Of a DNA stretch of 64,000 nt, positions 27,851 to 41,684 are shown piece after piece; the first letter of the stretch is position 1, and every line of letters begins with the position of its first letter. Source of the stretch: an uncultured delta proteobacterium (GTDB taxonomy: Bacteria > Myxococcota_A > UBA9160 > SMWR01); NCBI GenBank assembly GCA_963832165.1, contig CAWHTE010000001.1, positions 224,001-288,000 of the forward strand, given 5' to 3'. A program made the translations under genes and the position numbers. The notes beneath the pieces are model-generated. The model worked only from the letters and a program-made list of their open reading frames with translations, was not told where the DNA came from and did no database searches.

Positions 27851-28659
27851 TCCGGCACGATTCCGAGCAACCGCGCACCGCCCTCACGGACACCGAGCGC
27901 CGCTGCTACGAGATCGGGCGTCGCCGCTGGGAACGCGGCGACCGCGACGGAGCGCTGCGCGCGCTCGAGCGCTTGCTCGAGACGCGCCGCGAGTTCGCCG
28001 ACGTGCACTACATGGTGGGCACGCTGCGCGAGCAGGCCGACGATCTCGCCGCGGCCGCGGAGAGCCTGCGCGAGGCGCTGCGGCTCAACCCCGCCTATGC
28101 CGAGGCGATGGTCGCGCTCGCGAGCATCTACGAGCGGCTCGGCGAGTTCTCGCGCTCGCGCGCGCTCGCGGAGCGCGTGGCGCAGCTCGCGCTGCCCTCG
28201 GCCGGCGCGCTCGATGCCACGACGCGCGGCAAGCTCGCCAACCTCGAGGCCGCGCTCGCGGACGCCTATCGCGAAGCCGGCGCGCTGCCCGACGCGATCG
28301 ACGCCTATCGCAAGGCGCTCGACCGCTGTCCCACGTTCCACGACATCCGCTTCCGGCTCGCGATCACGCTGCGCGAGGCGGGCTTCCCCGACCGCGCGCT
28401 CGCGGAGCTCGCGCGCGTCCAGCGCGCGAACCCCGATCTGCTCGACGCGGCGGTGCAGACCGGCCTCACGCTCTACACGCTCGGACGCGGCGACGAGGCG
28501 ATCGCGCAGTGGCGCGCCGTGCTCGAGCGCGACCGAGGCCGCGAGGACGCGCGCATGTACCTGCGCATGGTCTCGCGCGCGCTGGGCCGGCCCGTGGAGC
28601 CGGCCGCGACCTCGGAGCACCCCACCCCGGCCGGTCCCCGGGGGAAGTTGCGCACTTGA
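27847..28659 (+). CDS. tetratricopeptide repeat protein
   Basis: Repeated A..LNPAYAEA and YRKAL...P.FHD motifs; GTG start overlapping the bamD stop. Confidence 0.85.
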   Translation: MIRHDSEQPRTALTDTERRCYEIGRRRWERGDRDGALRALERLLETRREFADVHYMVGTLREQADDLAAAAESLREALRLNPAYAEAMVALASIYERLGEFSRSRALAERVAQLALPSAGALDATTRGKLANLEAALADAYREAGALPDAIDAYRKALDRCPTFHDIRFRLAITLREAGFPDRALAELARVQRANPDLLDAAVQTGLTLYTLGRGDEAIAQWRAVLERDRGREDARMYLRMVSRALGRPVEPAATSEHPTPAGPRGKLRT

Positions 28660-28759
28660 GAACCGATTCCCTTCGGGCGCAATTCGTGGTTCGATGTAAG
28701 GAAGACGAGAGAACGAACCAGGCGCGAGCGCGGATCGTGCTCGCGCGCAGGAGGGCTCG

Positions 28760-29185
28760 ATGCACACCCTGCGACAGGTGATCACACGGCTCAAACTCGT
28801 CCACGCTGCGCCGACCGCGACGGTATTCGACGTCGCGGTGCTGATGAGCGAGGCGCGCGTGGGCTGCATCCCGGTGCTCGATGGCGAGCAGCTCGTGGGC
28901 GTGTTCTCGGAGCGCGACCTCATGACCCGCGTCGTGGTCGAGGGCAAGGATCCGCACGCGACGTCCGTGGCGTCGGTGATGACGCGCAATGTGATCACGG
29001 CGAAGCTCGACGATCGCGTCGAGAAGAGCCTCGACATGATGCGCGACCGCGGCTGCCGCCATCTGCCCGTGGTGGCCGACAGCCGCGTGATCGCGATGGT
29101 CTCGATGCGCGACCTCTTGCGCGACGAGATCGAGGAGCAGGTCGAGGAGATCCGCGGCCTGCGCGACTACATCCACCAGGCGTAG
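28760..29185 (+). CDS. CBS domain protein
   Basis: LVGVFSERD and RHLPVV tandem CBS motifs. Confidence 0.93.
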   Translation: MHTLRQVITRLKLVHAAPTATVFDVAVLMSEARVGCIPVLDGEQLVGVFSERDLMTRVVVEGKDPHATSVASVMTRNVITAKLDDRVEKSLDMMRDRGCRHLPVVADSRVIAMVSMRDLLRDEIEEQVEEIRGLRDYIHQA

Positions 29186-29215
29186 GGCGGATTAGGCCGA
29201 AGGCCGTAATCCGCC
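29182..29215. repeat. GTAG-type REP-like palindrome between convergent genes
   Basis: GTAG-ggcggatta-ggccgaaggccg-taatccgcc. Confidence 0.75.
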
Positions 29216-29231
29216 ATTCCGCTGGCGCGCC

Positions 29232-30812
29232 TCAGCCCGCGCGCAGGATTTCGTTCGCCGCGTTGCGGCCGCAGGCGCCCATCACTCCTCCGCCCGGGTG
29301 CGTGCCCGCGCCGCAGAGCCAGAGCCCGCGGATCGGCGTCGCATAGCGCGACCAGCCCGGCAGCGGGCGCATCAGCGCGAGCCGATCGGGTGTCATCGCG
29401 CCGTGGAAGAGATTCCCGCCCGTGAGCCCGAACAGCTGCTCGAGATCGGGCGGCGCGAGCACTTCGCGGTGCAGGATGCTCGCCGTGAAGCCGGGTGCGA
29501 CCTCTTCGACCTGCGCGCACGCGCGCTCGGCGATTGCGTCGCGGATCGCGGGCCAGCGCTCGGGCGGCGCCTCGCACGGAACCCACTGCACGAACAGCGA
29601 CGCGACATGCTGTCCACGCGGCGCGAGGCTCGTGTCGAGCGCCGATGGCAGCGTGAGCTCGACGAGCGGGCGGTCCGGGACGCGACCCGCGCGCGCGGCC
29701 TCGAATGCGGCGTCGAGCGCATCGAGGTCGGCCGCGCCGACGTGGATCGTGCCGCGGTGCTCGGGGCCCGGGCCCGCGGCGGTGTGGCCGCGGAACGCGG
29801 GCAGCCGGTCCAGCGCGAGATTGATCTTCACGCTGCCGCTCTTGAAGTCGATCTGCGCGACCTCGCGGCGCAGCGGCTCGGGCAGGTCGGCCGCGCCGAC
29901 CCAGTCGAGCAGCGTCACGCGCGGGTCGGCGCCCGACACCACGAGCGGCGCCTCGATCGCGCTGCCGTCCGCGAGCACGACGCCGCGCGCCGCGCCGGCT
30001 TCGACCGCGATCCGCGCGACCGGCGATGCGAGCCGGATCTCTGCGCCCGCCTCGCGCGCGGCCGCCGCGATCGCCTCGGAGAGCCGGCCCATGCCGCCCT
30101 CCACGTAGGCCCACACGCCGCGCGCGCCGCCGGTGTCTCCCATCACGTGGTGGAACAGCACGTAGCCGGTGCCCGGCGACGAGGGCGATGCCCACGCGCC
30201 GATCACCGCGTCGGTCGCGAGCGTGGCGCGCAGCGGCTCGCTCTCGAACCAGCGCTCGAGCTCGGGTCGCGCGGGCCCGAGCAGGAGCGCGAGCGCGCGC
30301 GGCAGCTCGGCGCGCAGCCGCCACGCGCGCGCACCGAGTGCCGCGAGCAAGCGTAGATCGCGCGCGCGCGGGTGCGCGAGGTCGGGCGGCGGCGCGTCGA
30401 GCGTCGGTTCGAGCCAGCGCGCGATCCGGTCGAGGAAGGCTTCGTAGGCGGGATAGCACTCCGCGTCGCGGAGCGAGAACGCCGCGATCGAGTCGCGGGT
30501 CGCCTCGGCGCTGCCGCCGAGCAGGAGTCCACGCCCATCCGGCAGCGGGGTGAACGAAGACGGCGAGCGGGGGATCAGGCGCAGGCCGTGGCGCGAGAGA
30601 CCTAGCTCGCGTGCAACGGCGGGCCGCAACAGCCCGGCCACGTAGGCCGCGCGCGAGACCCGGAATCCCGGCCAGAGCTCTTCGGTCACGCACGCGCCGC
30701 CTACGAGCTCGCGCCGCTCGAGCACGACCACGCGCCGGCCCGCGCGCGCGAGATAGGCCGCAGCCACGAGCCCGTTGTGTCCCGCACCGATCACGATCGC
30801 GTCGTAACCCAC
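29232..30812 (-). CDS. phytoene-desaturase-like FAD oxidoreductase
   Basis: IGAGHNGL, GGACVTEE and CGAGTHPGGGVMG motifs. Confidence 0.92.
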   Translation of the reverse strand: MGYDAIVIGAGHNGLVAAAYLARAGRRVVVLERRELVGGACVTEELWPGFRVSRAAYVAGLLRPAVARELGLSRHGLRLIPRSPSSFTPLPDGRGLLLGGSAEATRDSIAAFSLRDAECYPAYEAFLDRIARWLEPTLDAPPPDLAHPRARDLRLLAALGARAWRLRAELPRALALLLGPARPELERWFESEPLRATLATDAVIGAWASPSSPGTGYVLFHHVMGDTGGARGVWAYVEGGMGRLSEAIAAAAREAGAEIRLASPVARIAVEAGAARGVVLADGSAIEAPLVVSGADPRVTLLDWVGAADLPEPLRREVAQIDFKSGSVKINLALDRLPAFRGHTAAGPGPEHRGTIHVGAADLDALDAAFEAARAGRVPDRPLVELTLPSALDTSLAPRGQHVASLFVQWVPCEAPPERWPAIRDAIAERACAQVEEVAPGFTASILHREVLAPPDLEQLFGLTGGNLFHGAMTPDRLALMRPLPGWSRYATPIRGLWLCGAGTHPGGGVMGACGRNAANEILRAG

Positions 30813-30855
30813 CGCGCGATTGTAGAAGCCCGATCTCGAGAAGTAGAATGGGCGC

Positions 30856-31371
30856 ATGGCCGGTTGGGAAGCGATCGACCTCGGCGTTCTCGTGATCCTC
30901 TTGATCGCGGCGCTGCGCGGTCTGTCGCTGGGCCTGATCCGCGAGGCGTTCTCGATCGGCGCGCTCGGAGCGGCCGTGATCGCGGTGCGGGTCTGGAACG
31001 AGCCCTTCACGAAGTGGCTCCAGGAGGAGTCGCGGGGAGCGGTGTCGGTGGGCGTCGCGCCGTGGCTCGCGGGCGCGCTGCTCGCGGTGGGCGTGGTCGT
31101 GGCCGTGGGCATCTTCGGGCGCGTGATGCGGCAGGGCGCGCGCGCGGTCGGGCTCGGCTGGTTCGATCGTCTGGGGGGCGCCGCGCTCGGCGTGGCCGAG
31201 GGCGCCCTCGCCGCGAGTCTGCTGCTGTTCCTGATCGGGGGATTCCTCGGACGCGACCACGCGGTGCTCCAGGCCTCGCGCTCTTTCGCATGGTTCGAGC
31301 GCGCCGAGCAGATCGCCGGCACCCCCGCGCTGCTCGAGCCCGACGTCGCCGCTCCGCCGCGCAAGCGTTGA
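30856..31371 (+). CDS. cvpA: CvpA family protein
   Basis: G..LGLIREAFS and DRLGGAALG; four TM segments. Confidence 0.9.
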   Translation: MAGWEAIDLGVLVILLIAALRGLSLGLIREAFSIGALGAAVIAVRVWNEPFTKWLQEESRGAVSVGVAPWLAGALLAVGVVVAVGIFGRVMRQGARAVGLGWFDRLGGAALGVAEGALAASLLLFLIGGFLGRDHAVLQASRSFAWFERAEQIAGTPALLEPDVAAPPRKR

Positions 31372-31390
31372 TCGCGCGGCGGAAGCCGCG

Positions 31391-33400
<2,010 letters not shown>

Positions 33401-33402
33401 GA

Positions 33403-36039
33403 CTAACCCGCCGTGAGCAGCGCCTCGAGGCGCGCGAACGCGTCGTCGAGGCGCTCGGGCTGGTTGCCGCCCGCCTGGGCGAAGTCGGGCCGGCCGCCGC
33501 CCTTGCCGCCGACCACGCCCGCGATCTCGCGCACGAGGTCACCCGCCTTCCAGCGCTTCGTGAGATCGGGCGTGACGCCGAGCGCGAGGCTGACGCGCTC
33601 GTCCTCGACCGCCGCGAGCAGCACGATCCCGCTGCCGAGCTTGTTGCGCAGGTCGTCGACCATTCCGCGCAGCTCGACGCCGAGACACCGTCGACCTTCG
33701 CGCGGATCACGCGCGTGCCCGCGATCTCGCGCGCATCCGACGACAGGTCGGCCGACGCGGCGCCGCGCTGCGCGGCGCGCATGCGCGCCACCTCCTGGTC
33801 CGCCGCGCGCTTCTCCTCGAGCAGCTTCTCGACGCGCGCGGTGAGCTCGCCGACCGGCGCGCGCAAGAGCTCCGACAGGCGCTCGAGCGTGCGCTCCTGC
33901 TCGCGCAGGTGCGCGAGCGCACCCTGGCCCGTGAGCGCCTCGATCCGGCGCACGCCCGACGCGATGCCCGTTTCGCCGATCACCTTGAGCAGCCCGATGT
34001 CGCCCGTCGCGCGCGCGTGGGTGCCGCCGCAGAGCTCGGTCGAGAACTCACCGAACGAGATCACGCGCACGAGGTCGCCGTACTTCTCGCCGAACAGCGC
34101 GACCGCTCCGGCCTCGATCGCGTCGGGATACGACATCTCGCGCACCGAGGCACTCGCGTTCGCCTCGATCCACTGGTTCGTGAGATCCTCGATCCGCTCG
34201 ATCTCCTCGGGAGACAGCGGCGCGTCGTGCGTGAAGTCGAAGCGCAGCCGGTCGGGCGCGACGAGCGAGCCCTTCTGCAGCGCCTGCGGTCCGAGCACCG
34301 AGCGCAGCGCCGCGTGCAAGAGATGGGTGCCCGAGTGGTTGCGCACGGTGGCCGCGCGCGCCTCGGCGTCCACCGTGAGCGTGGCGGGATCGTCGACGTT
34401 CACGCTGCCCGACACCACGCGCCCGCGGTGCACGACGAGCTCGCCGGTCGGGCGCTGCGTGTCGCGCACCTCGATCTTTCCGCGCGGCGTCGCGATCACG
34501 CCGCGATCGCCTACCTGTCCGCCGCTCTCGGCGTAGAAGGGCGTCTCCTCGACCACCACTTCGACCTCGTCACCCGCGCTCGCCACCGCCACCGATTCGC
34601 CGTCCACGAGCAGCGCGGCGATCGCCGAGCGCGTCTCGAGCGTCTCGTAGCCGCGGAAGCGGCGTCTTGTTCTCGGCTGCGAGCCCGAGATGCGCCGCGC
34701 CGGTGCGCTCGTCGCCGCTTCCCTTCCACGCCGCGCGCGCGCGCGTGCGCTGCTCCTCCATCGCCGCGTCGAAGCCGGGCTGGTCGAGCGCGAGGCCGCG
34801 CCCGCGCAGGATGTCCTCGGTGAGGTCGACCGGGAACCCGAACGTGTCGTAGAGCTTGAAGACGACCGCTCCGGGCAGTGTGCGCTCGCCGCGCTTGGCG
34901 AGCGCGTCGATCTCGTTCTCGAGCAGGCCGAGGCCGTTGGTGAGCGTCTCGAGGAAGCGCTCCTCCTCGCGGCGGATCCGGCTCGTGATGAACGCGCGCC
35001 GCTCGGCGAGCTCGGGGTACGCCGGCGACATCTGATCGATCACCGCATCGGCGACCGAATGCAGGAACGGCCGCTCGACTCCGAGCAGCACGCCGTGGCG
35101 CGCGGCGCGGCGCAGGATCCGGCGCAGCACGTAGCCGCGCCCCTCGTTCGCAGGCAGCACACCGTCGCCGATCAGGAACGAGACCGCGCGCGCGTGGTCG
35201 GCCACCACGTTGAGCGACACGTCCTTCTCGGGGTCCTGGCCCTTCGTGTGTCCCGAGAGATCCTCGGCGCGCGCGATGATCGGGCGGAACAGATCGGTGT
35301 CGTAGACCCAGCTCTTGCCCTGGAGCACCGCCGACATCCGCTCGAGCCCGGCGCCCGTGTCGACGCACGGCCGCGGCAGCGGCGTCATCGCGCCGCTCGC
35401 ATCCCGGTCGTACTGCATGAACACGAGGTTCCAGATCTCGAGCCAGCGGTCCGGGTCGCCGGCCGGATCGAATCTCTTGTGGCTGCCGAGGTGTCCTCCC
35501 ATGTCGAAGTAGATCTCGGTGCACGGGCCACACGGGCCGGTGTCGCCCATCGACCAGAAGTTGTCGGCCTCGTCGAGCCGCACGATCCGGTCGCTCGGCA
35601 CGCCGACCTCTTTCGCCCAGATCCGCGCGGCGTCGTCGTCTTCGCGGAAGACGGTGACGCCGAGCTTCTCGGCGGGCAGCCCGTATACGTCGGTGACGAG
35701 CTCCCACGCCCAGGCGATCGCCTCCTCCTTGAAGTAGTCGCCGAACGAGAAGTTGCCGAGCATCTCGAAGAACGTGAGGTGGCGCGGCGTGCGGCCGACG
35801 TTCTCGAGGTCGTTGTGCTTGCCGGAGACGCGCATGCACTTCTGCGAGGTGGTGGCGGTCTTGTAGTCGCGCACCTCCTGGCCCAGGAAGGTGTTCTTGA
35901 ACTGCACCATGCCCGCGTTCGTGAACAGGAGCGTCGGGTCGCCCTGCGGCACGAGCGACGAGCTCGTGACGCGCCGGTGTCCGCGGCTCTCGAAGAAGCG
36001 CAGGAAGCGCTCGCGGATCTCGCTGGCGGGCAGCGCCAT
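33403..36039 (-). CDS. alaS: alanine--tRNA ligase, frameshifts near 34655 and 33680
   Basis: [32 protein letters not shown] and [11 protein letters not shown] spread over three frames. Confidence 0.95.
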
Positions 36040-36139
36040 CTCACCTCCGGGGGAAGAGGCAGCATAGCGAGCCCCGTTTCCGGAGTCCGGGAGCGGATTG
36101 GCTTGCCGCGGCGGAGCCAAGCAACCGAACGCGAGACAG

Positions 36140-37361
36140 CTAGAACTTCTGGATGAAGTCGTCTTCTTCCTTGGTCTTCGCGGGCTTTGCAGCGGGCTTC
36201 GCGGCGCCGGGCTTTTCCGACGAGAGCAGATCTTCGGTCTTCGGGCCGCGCTTCGCCTTCGTCGAAATGGTCCCAGGTGGCGTCGGAGGCCGACTCGATG
36301 CCGCGGAAGCGCAGCGCGAAGTCGTCGGCGTTGGAGACGTGGTTGAGCGCCTCTTCGTAGGTGACCAGGCCCGCCTTCACGTGCTGCATCAGACTCTGGT
36401 CGAAGGTCTGCATGCCGTACGTGGTGAAGCCCTTCGTGATCGCGTCGTGGATCTCCTTGGTGCGATCCTTGTCGCCGATGCACTCGCGCACGCGCGCGGT
36501 CGACACGAGCACCTCGAGCGCGGGCACGCGGCCCTTGCCGTCCGCGCGCGGCACCAGGCGCTGCGAGATCACGGCCTTGAGGATGCTCGCGAGCTGGATC
36601 CGCACCTGCTTCTGCTGGTAGGGCGGGAACACCGAGATGATCCGGTTGATCGTCTCGGTGGCGTCGAGCGTGTGGAGCGTACTCATCACGAGGTGGCCGG
36701 TCTCGGCCGCCGTGAGCGCGGTCTCGATCGTCTCGAAGTCGCGCATCTCACCCACGAGGATCACGTCGGGGTCCTGGCGCAGCGCGGCGCGCAGCGCGTT
36801 CGCGAAGCTCTGCGTGTCGACGCCGATCTCGCGCTGATTCACGATCGAGCGGCGATCGCGGATCAGGAACTCGATCGGATCCTCGATCGTCATGATGTGG
36901 CAGGTGCGGTTGGTGTTGATGTAGTCGATCATCGCGGCGAGCGTGGTCGACTTGCCGGAGCCGGTCGTGCCGGTCACGAGCACGAGTCCGCGGTGCTCCA
37001 TCGCGATCGACTCGATGATCTTCGGCAGCACGAGCTGCTCGATCGTCTTCACGCCGAACGGAATCGCGCGGAACACGATGCCCACCGTGCCGCGCTGCTG
37101 GAAGCAGTTCACGCGGAAGCGGCCGAGGCCGGGGATTCCGTACGCGAGGTCGACTTCGCGCGTGTCTTCGAAGCGCTGCTTCTGCACCGGGTTCATGATC
37201 GAGTGCGCCATCTGCTGGACGGCCTCGGGCGTGAGCCGCTCGCCGCTCTTGAGCGGAACCAGCGCGCCATCGACGCGGAACATCGCGGGCAGACCGGGCT
37301 TGAGGTGGATGTCCGAGGCGCCGCCCTTCAGCGCGATCTTGAGGATCTCGTTCAACTCCAC
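36140..37361 (-). CDS. pilT: type IV pilus retraction ATPase PilT/PilU family, frameshift in C-tail
   Basis: GTTGSGKST, EDPIE, LRQDPD, GEMRD and GMQTFDQ motifs. Confidence 0.92.
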
Positions 37362-37471
37362 GGGTGTCCCCTCAGCGGTTGCGACCGGTCCGCTGGATGG
37401 ATCGTCCAGTTGCCGGCGGGTCTTGAGGAGGCGCTGATGGAGTTTTCGAGCCTGGATGGATAGATGGAGAG

Positions 37472-37502
37472 GGGGTGGGCAAACGAGGCGTTTGCCCACC
37501 CC
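37472..37502. terminator. hairpin after recA
   Basis: ggggtgggcaaacg-agg-cgtttgcccacccc, a perfect 14-bp stem. Confidence 0.7.
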
Positions 37503-37508
37503 TTGGGT

Positions 37509-38639
<1,131 letters not shown>

Positions 38640-38678
38640 TTCTCTCTCTCCCTCTCTCGTTCTGTTTGAGATTGCGTT

Positions 38679-39249
38679 TCAGGGGTGAAGCGGAACGCGC
38701 GCGAGCGGCGTGTAGCGGGCGCCGCTCGGCGCGAGATCACTGCGGAACAGGACGGTCTCCATGACGTCCCAAGATTCGGCCCGCGCTGTGACGGATGCGG
38801 TCACGTCCTCGGCGAAATGGAGGCGGCGGTGATCGCGCGCGCGGCCCAGCGTCAGATGCGGCCGGAACGGGCGCGGCTCGGGCTCGAAGCCCGCCGCCAC
38901 GGCCCCGCGCTCGACCCCTGCGGCGAGCTCTGCGAGCTCGGCGTGCGGCTCGAGCGCGAGCGCGACCACGCGCGGCCGGCGCGGCGACGGGAACAGCTCG
39001 ACGCCTCCGATCGACGCCGTGAACGGCTTGATGCCGCGCGTGGCGAGGCCGACCTCGCGCTCGAGGTCGGCGACGCGTGTGGGATCGACGGCTCCGAGGA
39101 AGCGCAGCGTCACGTGCAGTGACTCCTCGCGCACCCAGCGCACGTCGCGGCCCGCGGGCTGCTCGCGCAGCAGGAAAGCGATGCGCGCCGCATGGGCGCG
39201 CGCGAGCGGCGCCGATCTCGAGCGCGAAGAACAGACGCAGGTCTGCCAT
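38679..39249 (-). CDS. thpR: RNA 2',3'-cyclic phosphodiesterase, frameshift near 39210
   Basis: [14 protein letters not shown] and PHLTLGR (two HxT motifs). Confidence 0.9.
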
Positions 39250-39250
39250 G

Positions 39251-40543
39251 TCACCGGCGGCCTCCGCCGCGCCGCAGGAGCGTCGGCCCCTCGAGCGGGA
39301 CACCCAGCAGGCGGCGCCGGATCCAGTCGAGTGCGACCTGCGCGGTGAGCTGGCGGTGGCGCGTGCGGTCGAGCGGAAACACGAAATGGTCGCTGTGGGT
39401 GCCCGCGGCGTCCGCGAGCGCGATGTGGACGAGCCCGACCGGCTTCGCATCGGTGCCGCCGCCGGGCCCCGAGATCCCCGTGGTCGCTACGGCGAGATCG
39501 GCCCCGAAGCGCGCGCGAGCGCCTTCGGCCATCGCGCGCGCCACGGGCTCCGACACCGCGCCGTGCTCCGCGAGCAGCGCCTCGGAGACGCCCAGCAGCG
39601 TGCGCTTGGCAGCGTCGGCGTAGGCCACCACGCCGCCCTGGAAGTAGTCGGAGGAGCCCGGGACGTCGGTGAGCTTCTCGGCCACGAGGCCCCCGGTGCA
39701 CGACTCGGCCACCGCGACGCGCGCGCCGCGCTCGCGCAAGAGGCGCCCCACGACCTGCTCGAGCGTCTCCTCGCCCTCGCCGTAGACGAGCGCGCCGAGC
39801 CGCGCGCGGATCGCCGCGCACACGCGGTCGAGCAGCGCGTCGGCCTGCGCGGCGGTTGCCGCGCGCGCGACCGGGCGCAGGTAGTTGTCGGGGAACGAGG
39901 TGCGGAAGCCCAGCGTCACTTCGCCCGACGCCGCGATGTCGGCGAGCTCTGCATCGAGCGTCGACTCGCCCATCCCGAACGTGCGCAGGAGCCGCGCGCG
40001 CACGACACCAGCTCCAGCGGAGACGCGCGCCGCCACGCGCGGGAGCACCTGCTCGTCCATCATCCGCATCATCTCGCGCGGCACGCCGGGCATGCAGAAG
40101 AACACCGCCCCTTGGAGCTTGACGTCGAGCATGAACCCCGGCGCGGTGCCGATCGGATTCGCGAGCACCTCGGCGCCGTCGGGGAAATACGCCTGGCTCG
40201 CGTTGTTCTCGGTCATCTCGCGGCCCACGCTCGCGAAGAACGCGCGGATGCCCGCGAGCGCCGCCTCGTCGAGCCGCATCTCGCGACCGAACGCCTGTGC
40301 GAGCGACTCCGAAGTGAGATCGTCGCGCGTGGGCCCGAGCCCGCCCGACACCAGCACGATGTCGGAGCGTTCGGCCGCGCGCCGGAACGCGTCGATCATG
40401 TCGGCGGGCACATCGCGCACCGACGCGTGAAAGTGCGTCTCGATGTCGAGCGACAGCAGGCGATCGGACAGGAACGCCTTGTTCGAGTCGACGATCTCGC
40501 CGCGCATGAGCTCGTCGCCGATCGTGAGCACCTCGCCCTTCAT
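39251..40543 (-). CDS. cinA: CinA (competence/damage-inducible, NMN deamidase domain)
   Basis: IGDEL, GGLGPTRDDLT and AESCTGG motifs. Confidence 0.96.
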   Translation of the reverse strand: MKGEVLTIGDELMRGEIVDSNKAFLSDRLLSLDIETHFHASVRDVPADMIDAFRRAAERSDIVLVSGGLGPTRDDLTSESLAQAFGREMRLDEAALAGIRAFFASVGREMTENNASQAYFPDGAEVLANPIGTAPGFMLDVKLQGAVFFCMPGVPREMMRMMDEQVLPRVAARVSAGAGVVRARLLRTFGMGESTLDAELADIAASGEVTLGFRTSFPDNYLRPVARAATAAQADALLDRVCAAIRARLGALVYGEGEETLEQVVGRLLRERGARVAVAESCTGGLVAEKLTDVPGSSDYFQGGVVAYADAAKRTLLGVSEALLAEHGAVSEPVARAMAEGARARFGADLAVATTGISGPGGGTDAKPVGLVHIALADAAGTHSDHFVFPLDRTRHRQLTAQVALDWIRRRLLGVPLEGPTLLRRGGGRR

Positions 40544-41109
40544 TGCGCGACGCCTGCGAGCAGCGCGGCCGCCACGACGAGCGCCGCGAACGCGCCCGCG
40601 ACCAGATCGTCGAACACCACCCCGCGACCGCCCGTGAAGTGGCGCTCGGCCCAGCGCACGGGGCCGGGCTTCACGATGTCGAAGACGCGGAACGCGAGGA
40701 ATCCCAGCGCGAGCGGGAACGGCGCGAGCGCGCGCTCGGGCGGCGCGAGCAGCGAGATCGGCCACAGCGCGATGAGCTGCCCCGCGACTTCATCGATTAC
40801 GACACGCCCGTCGTCCTTGTGCGCGAAGATCTGCTCCGCCTCGCCCGCCGCCCACACGCCCAGCACGGTCGAGAGAAGCGCTGCGAGCGCCACGGCGACC
40901 GCGCCTAGCGGCGCGATCAGCGCGAACACACCGACCCCGACCAGGGAACCGAACGTCCCCGGTGCGATCGGCGCAAATCCCGCTCCCGCGGCGGTCGCTA
41001 CCGCGAGAGCGGCAAAGCGACGGACGCCGCCTTCGCGGGGCGAGCCCACGAGACGAGACAAACCACGCGCTCCGGACTGGCGGTGCGGCGGGAGGAGCGC
41101 CGCCTGCAA
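40540..41109 (-). CDS. pgpA: phosphatidylglycerophosphatase A, start uncertain
   Basis: APGTFGS, VVIDEVAG, FRVFDIVKP and DDLVAG motifs. Confidence 0.92.
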   Translation of the reverse strand: MQAALLPPHRQSGARGLSRLVGSPREGGVRRFAALAVATAAGAGFAPIAPGTFGSLVGVGVFALIAPLGAVAVALAALLSTVLGVWAAGEAEQIFAHKDDGRVVIDEVAGQLIALWPISLLAPPERALAPFPLALGFLAFRVFDIVKPGPVRWAERHFTGGRGVVFDDLVAGAFAALVVAAALLAGVAQ

Positions 41110-41243
41110 TCGACGCCTCAGCGGGGGACCGGGCGACCGGGCTCAGGGTACCTCCATGCGTGGGTGGGAGTCAACGAAACTCAGGCGAAAATCGGCTTCC
41201 AAGTGCCGACCGAACAAGGAAGAAGGGGCTAGGATGAAAATCC

Positions 41244-41684
41244 GTGGAGAGCCCCGTGCTCGGACTCGACCTCGGCGTGCGCAGGATCGGACTCGCGGTG
41301 TCCGATCAGTCAGGCGTGATCGCCTTCCCGATCGGTGCACTCGACCGCCGCGGGCTGGCCGCGGACCTGCGCGCGCTCTGCGAGCTGATCCGCGAGCGCG
41401 GCGTACGGGCTGTGGTGGTGGGGCTTCCGCTCCACCTGGATGGGCGTTCGGGCACCGGAGCCGAGGCCGCGCGCCGGTTCGCGAAGTCGCTCGGCGAGGC
41501 CTGCGCGCTGCCCGTGGAGCTTGTAGACGAGCGCATGACGACCGTGATGGCGGAGCGAACGCTGCGCGAGGAGCCGCGCGGCCGCGGCCGCGGCAAGCGC
41601 CCCGCGAAGGGGCAGGTCGATGCGCTCGCGGCGACGCTGATCCTGCGCACCTATCTCGAGCGCCCGCGCGAGGGCCGGAAGTGA
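41244..41684 (+). CDS. ruvX: YqgF/RuvX nuclease
   Basis: LGLDLGVRRIGLAVSD, VDERMTT and VDALAA motifs. Confidence 0.95.
   Translation: MESPVLGLDLGVRRIGLAVSDQSGVIAFPIGALDRRGLAADLRALCELIRERGVRAVVVGLPLHLDGRSGTGAEAARRFAKSLGEACALPVELVDERMTTVMAERTLREEPRGRGRGKRPAKGQVDALAATLILRTYLERPREGRK

Noticed and set aside
33403..36039. Programmed frameshifting or pseudogenisation of alaS and other core genes
   Set aside because: These are essential genes with no consistent slippery sites, so sequencing error is more parsimonious.
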